Source of the DNA: Octopus sinensis
Lineage: Eukaryota
Reading direction: 5' to 3'
Length of the DNA: 24,079 nucleotides
Assembly: GCF_006345805.1 (NCBI RefSeq)
Contig: NW_021836489.1
Coordinates: 1 to 24,079, forward strand
Part shown: piece by piece, positions 19,713 to 24,079 of the stretch
How the letters are laid out: each line of letters begins with the position of its first letter
How positions within the stretch are numbered: position 1 is the stretch's first letter
Position numbers and translations under genes: made by a program
The notes under the pieces: model-generated
Databases searched by the model: none
What the model saw: the letters and a program-made list of their open reading frames with translations, nothing else
Told to the model about the DNA's origin: nothing

Positions 19713-19859
19713 AAGAAAACAGAAACTACCCATGGAAAAGATAGGGGGAAAGTAAGAAGAAAAAAAGCAAAACTGCCCATTGGATATCAAAACAATAAAG
19801 GCTTTTTTTAATGAAAAGTAGTGATAAATAAATGCAATTAGATGAACTGAGGTAATTAA

Positions 19860-19978
19860 GAGGAATTAAATTGATTATTTTGAATTGTTAAAGAGATTCA
19901 AAATCAAACCGGTATCGTCATTGCTGTCCACTGGCTTTGAATCTCTTTAACAATTCAAAATAATCAATTTAATTCCTC
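19860..19978. repeat. Perfect 43-bp inverted repeat with 33-nt spacer
   Basis: GAGGAATTAAATTGATTATTTTGAATTGTTAAAGAGATTCAAA (19860-19902) is the exact reverse complement of 19936-19978. Confidence 0.97.
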
Positions 19979-20151
19979 ACAAACTTTCTGAGTCTAATCG
20001 CACACAGCACCACTTCTATGACAGGGAATCTCATTTACGATCATCATGTCATGTCAAACAAAGACACACACAAATGCATACACACACAGACATACAAGCA
20101 CATTTATACATACATGTGTATATATACATATATATGTGTATATACACACAC

Positions 20152-20247
<96 letters not shown>

Positions 20248-20279
20248 ACCACCACCACCCCCAGCATAGGCTAGTCATT

Positions 20280-22497
20280 TAGGCTTGAGGCCAGAAGGAT
20301 ACCAAGAAGCAACCAATCCAAAAAAGAAGGATTTGGTAGTTAAAGAACCCTTCACATGTTCAGAGATTTAGGGACATCCTCATCAAGAAATTTGATGAGA
20401 GGGAGGAGGAGCTACAGACAGCAGATATAGAAGGTAGCTGGAAATTCCTACGGGACTGCTTGCTGAGTGCCACAGACCAAGTCTCTGGATGGTGCAAAGT
20501 CCCTTCCAGACCTAGAGTTACATGGTGGGGAAATAGTATGGTAGACAAAGCCATTAGAGCAAAGAAACAGGCCTGGAAAGCCTGGAAGGATGGGGGTAGC
20601 AGGGAACTGTACCAGGTAGCCAAAAGGGAGGCTGGGCAGCAGGTATACATAGCCAAGGGCGAAGCAGAAAAGAAGAAATTTACCAATGTCCAGAGACGTG
20701 AAGACCAAAGAACTGAGGTATTTCGGATTGCAAGACAGTGTGTGAGAGAAAATTGTGATGTCACAGGAGAGAAATGTGTCTGCATGGATGATGGTGCACT
20801 TGCTTTTAATGATTGTGAAAAGAAATAGGCTTGGAGAAGCCATTATGAAAGACTGCTGGATGTGGAGAATGAATGGGAGGAGCAGAGCCTGCCAAATATT
20901 GACCCAGTAGAGGGACCAGCTATCTGAATAGACAGCTACCTAATAGATAAAGCAATTTAAGGGTATGAAGCCAGGAAAAGCTCCCGGCCCATCAGGAATC
21001 ACTGTTGAGATGCTTAAAACATCTGGTGGTGTGGGCTGTGGCCTAGTCACCCGTATTGTAAACCAGGTAGTTCATGATGGAGTCATACCCAACGACTGGT
21101 GTAGCATCATCATGGTCAACTGCTACAAGGGTAAAGGTGATGTTCTAGATATAGATAACTACAGGGTATCAAACTGCTGGATCAGGTGATGAAGGTCATG
21201 GAGAAGGTCATTAGGGAAAGAGTCTGATTAGATGAGATGCAGTTTGGTTTTATGCTGGGTAGAAGCACCACTGATGCCATATTCCTGATTCGACAAATGC
21301 AGGAGAAAACCTAGCTAAAGTATATATAGTTTTGGGGGACTTGGAGAAAACCTTTGACAGGGTCCCCCAATCCTTTATCTGGTGGGTGATGTGGAAACTG
21401 GGGATTGACAAATGGTTAATAAAGGCTGTACAGGCCCTTTACCGAGAGGCTGTCAGTAAGGTTAGGATTGACAATGAGTATAGTGAAGAATTCCAGGTAG
21501 AAGTAGGGGTCCACCAAGGTTCAGCCCTCAGCCCCCTTTTATTCATCATAGTCCTCCAGGCAATAACAGAGGAATTCAAGATGGGTTGCCCCTGGGAGCT
21601 CCTCTATGCTGATGACCTGGCCTTCATAGCAGAATCACTACCAGAACTAGAAAAGAAATTTCGGGTGTGGAAGCTAGGTTTAGAATCAAAAGACCTTAGA
21701 GTCAATTTAGCAAAGACCAAAGTTCTAGTAAGTAGGAAGGTAAACACATCACACCCACCCTCAGGTAGGTGGCCCTGCTTGATCTGTAGAAAAGGTGTAG
21801 GTAGAAACTCCATAAGATGTACCCAGTGTAAGCTATGGACACATAAGAGGTGCAGCAACATCAAAGGAAAATTAACTGAGAAGATAGCTTTCGTGTGTGG
21901 CAGATGCACAGGGGCAATAGACACCACAGATACTCAGAAAACAGATTCCATCACACTCCAGGGGGAGAAACTAGAAATAGTTGATAGCTTCTGCTACCTA
22001 GGTGACCAAGTTTACTCATGGAGTTAGCCTTTTGATTATAAAAATTGTTATCATACAAAAAAGTAGGGGTGGATACTCAGAGAGTGTTACCACTAGAATA
22101 AGAATAGTCTGGGCAAAGTTTATACTGTGACTGCGAAGACCTGGCAAATAAAGTGAGTTCACGGTTGTATCCTACACCAGTTTTGTATAACCAGCCTCAG
22201 CCCATTCAAAGTACCTTGGATTGTAGGGTGACCTGGTGTGCTTGAGGAGGCCTATTGAGTCAAGTACATCAATATCAACATCAAAATGAAAATCAAATGG
22301 AAATTGTAGTTGTGATACCCATGCTGGTGGCACGTAAAAAGCACATCCAAACATGGCCAATGCCATCCAGCTGTAGAAACACTGCCAGATCAGACTGGAG
22401 CCTGCTGCAGCCTCCTGGTTTCCCAGACCACAGTCGAACTGTCCAACCCATGGTAGCATGGAAAATGGATGTTAAATGATGGCGACGATGATGATGA

Positions 22498-22498
<1 letters not shown>
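20280..22498 (+). mobile_element. 5'-truncated RTE-clade LINE with stops, frameshifts, an internal deletion after ~22133 and a (GAT)n-type tail
   Basis: Fragments WWG..VDKAIRAKKQAWK, KAPGPSGITVEMLK, IPNDW..YKGKGD..NYR, QFGF..GRSTTDAIF, DLEKTFDRV, GVHQGSALSPLLF, YADD, VN.AKTK, SFCYLGDQ. A ~50-bp insertion at ~22012-22061 breaks the ORF. No endonuclease domain is present. Confidence 0.95.
21332..22027 (+). pseudogene. Longest open remnant of the RTE reverse transcriptase, with a PHD-like finger
   Basis: ORF track peptide with QGSALSP and LYADDL (YADD at 21605-21616); flanked by frameshifts. Confidence 0.9.
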
Positions 22499-22528
<30 letters not shown>

Positions 22529-22757
22529 ATATTATATATATATATATATATATTAATATTATACTATGGAGATGTACTTGCATAGCAAGTGACTTAATCT
22601 GAGATTGTGTGCTGAAACAAAATTAATGGCAGCCTGAAGGTGTTTATAAGCCATTTAAAATCATACAAAAAAACCCATTAGATTTACTTCAACATTTAAA
22701 TTATATTTGTCAAAATATTTTCATTGCTTTGAAACCATATATATATATATATATATA

Positions 22758-22908
22758 TCATCATCATTATCATCATCGTTTAGCATCTGCTATCCATGCT
22801 AGCATGGGTTGGACGGTTCAACTGGGGTCTGGGAAGCCAGAAGGCTGCACCAGGCCCAGTCTGATCTGGCAATGTTTCTACATCTGGATGCCCTTCCTAA
22901 TGCCAACC
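22758..22908 (-). mobile_element. RTE-type 3' terminus with (GAT)n tail
   Basis: Reverse complement GGAAGGGCATCCAGATGTAGAAACATTGCCAGATCAGACTGG..CCAACCCATGCTAGCATGGATAGCAGATGCTAAACGATGATG aligns closely with 22365-22498. Confidence 0.9.
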
Positions 22909-23427
22909 AATAAATGTAAAAAAACTAATTTCTGTGTATCAGTGTGTCATACTTAGACCCCCCCCTCTCACTATTCAATGACACTTCTACTATTCCTCGT
23001 GATGGAGTCAGAGTAATAGTAGGCATAGAGACGGTGAGGGCAGTGGCAAAGACGGACAGACAGAGAGAAAGAAAAAAAGAGGGAGAGAAAGAGAGACAAA
23101 GAAATTAAGAGAGAGTTGATGATGTTTTATTAAAAGTAGTAGTGTTGATGGTGGCAGTGGGAGTAATAATAGGAGAGAAAGAGGGGTATGAGTGGGAAAG
23201 ACGAGTGATTGATGTATGACTTTGTTTAACCATGTCTCTTTGACATAAATTCCTGTCGCCAACATACTGAACACTGTCATTTTTGTATGATTTTTTGATT
23301 TTTTAATACATACACGCACACACACACACATATAAAATATACATTAATTGAAATAAAGTTTCCCCAAAATTAAACATACCTAATATAATAAATGTGAATG
23401 TGAGTGTGTCACACTTTTCCAACTTTA

Positions 23428-23636
23428 ATAAACCCTTTCTACTGGAAGCACAAGGCCTCAAATTTTAGGGGAAGGGATAAAGTCAATTACATCGACCCCA
23501 GTATGTAACTGGTACTAATTTTATCGACCCCAAAAGGATGAAAGGCAAAGTCGACCTCAGTGGAATTCGAACTCAAAACTTAACAGCAGACAAAATACTG
23601 CTGAGCATTTCACCCAGCGTGCTGACGATTCTGCCA
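23428..23636 (-). mobile_element. SINE family A, near full length
   Basis: Reverse complement TGGCAGAATCGTCAGCACGCTGGGTGAAATGCTCAGC..GAGTTCGAATTCC aligns with 3390-3545; different 3' tail variant. Confidence 0.9.
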
Positions 23637-23716
23637 TACACACACACTGAAATATGTGAATGCATACATATATACATGTAAATATATATTAATATATATA
23701 TATACATATTACATGC

Positions 23717-23747
<31 letters not shown>

Positions 23748-23814
23748 AATATAAATAAATACATATATATGTATATTATATGTATATGGGGGTCATGCAT
23801 GTATGTATGTGTGT

Positions 23815-23975
23815 GTGCTGGTGTGTAACTTAGTAGTTCGGCAAAAAAAGACCGATAGAATAAGTACTAGGCTTACAAAGAATAAGTCCTGGGGTCGATT
23901 TGCTCCACTAAAAAGGCGCTGCCCCAGCATGGCCGCAGTCAAATGACTGAAACAAGTTAAAGAATAAAAGAATAA
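23815..23975 (+). mobile_element. SINE family B, 3' portion
   Basis: GACCGATAGAATAAGTACTAGGCTTACAAAGAATAAGTCCTGGGGTCGAT..CAGCATGGCCGCAGTCAAATGACTGAAAC. Confidence 0.9.
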
Positions 23976-24079
23976 ACATGTTTTGGGTTCGGTTTTTCCT
24001 GTTGACATCACCAAACCTGGGCAGACACACACACACACACACACACACGTGTGGGTTTGGCGTGTATTGTTGTATCCTT

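Noticed and set aside
20360-20843. Minus-strand ORFs of 141 and 131 aa (also 21604-21927)
   Set aside because: Antisense shadows of the RTE coding sequence.
22560-22735. Segment that looks like a common octopus interspersed repeat
   Set aside because: Single copy in this window with no diagnostic termini; recognition is from memory only, so it is not called.

Overview
Eukaryotic, AT-rich, repeat-saturated DNA, most likely octopus (inferred from the SINE families, RTE tails and dense (TA)n/(CA)n/(GAT)n microsatellites; not database-confirmed). I cannot support any host protein-coding gene or RNA gene. Most ORFs in the track are microsatellite or repeat artefacts. Content: (1) two RTE-clade LINE remnants, an old one at 1-1350 (-) and a younger one at ~20280-22498 (+) with YADD and an embedded PHD-like C4HC3 finger; (2) six further RTE-type 3' ends sharing a terminal hairpin and (GAT)n tail; (3) about 14 copies or fragments of at least four tRNA-derived SINE families (labelled A, B, D, E here), some nested; (4) a decayed Penelope-like element at ~16110-17700 that the ORF track barely shows, with the RT C-terminus inverted relative to a long Asn-rich linker and GIY-YIG endonuclease; (5) several fold-back structures, including a perfect 43-bp inverted repeat at 19860-19978 in non-repeat sequence; (6) a ~600-bp cryptic (CAC)n array carrying long ORFs on both strands, of uncertain coding status. 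I see no evidence of a wholly new biological system. The Penelope-like element architecture and the hairpins are the best leads. TE boundaries are approximate, read by eye.
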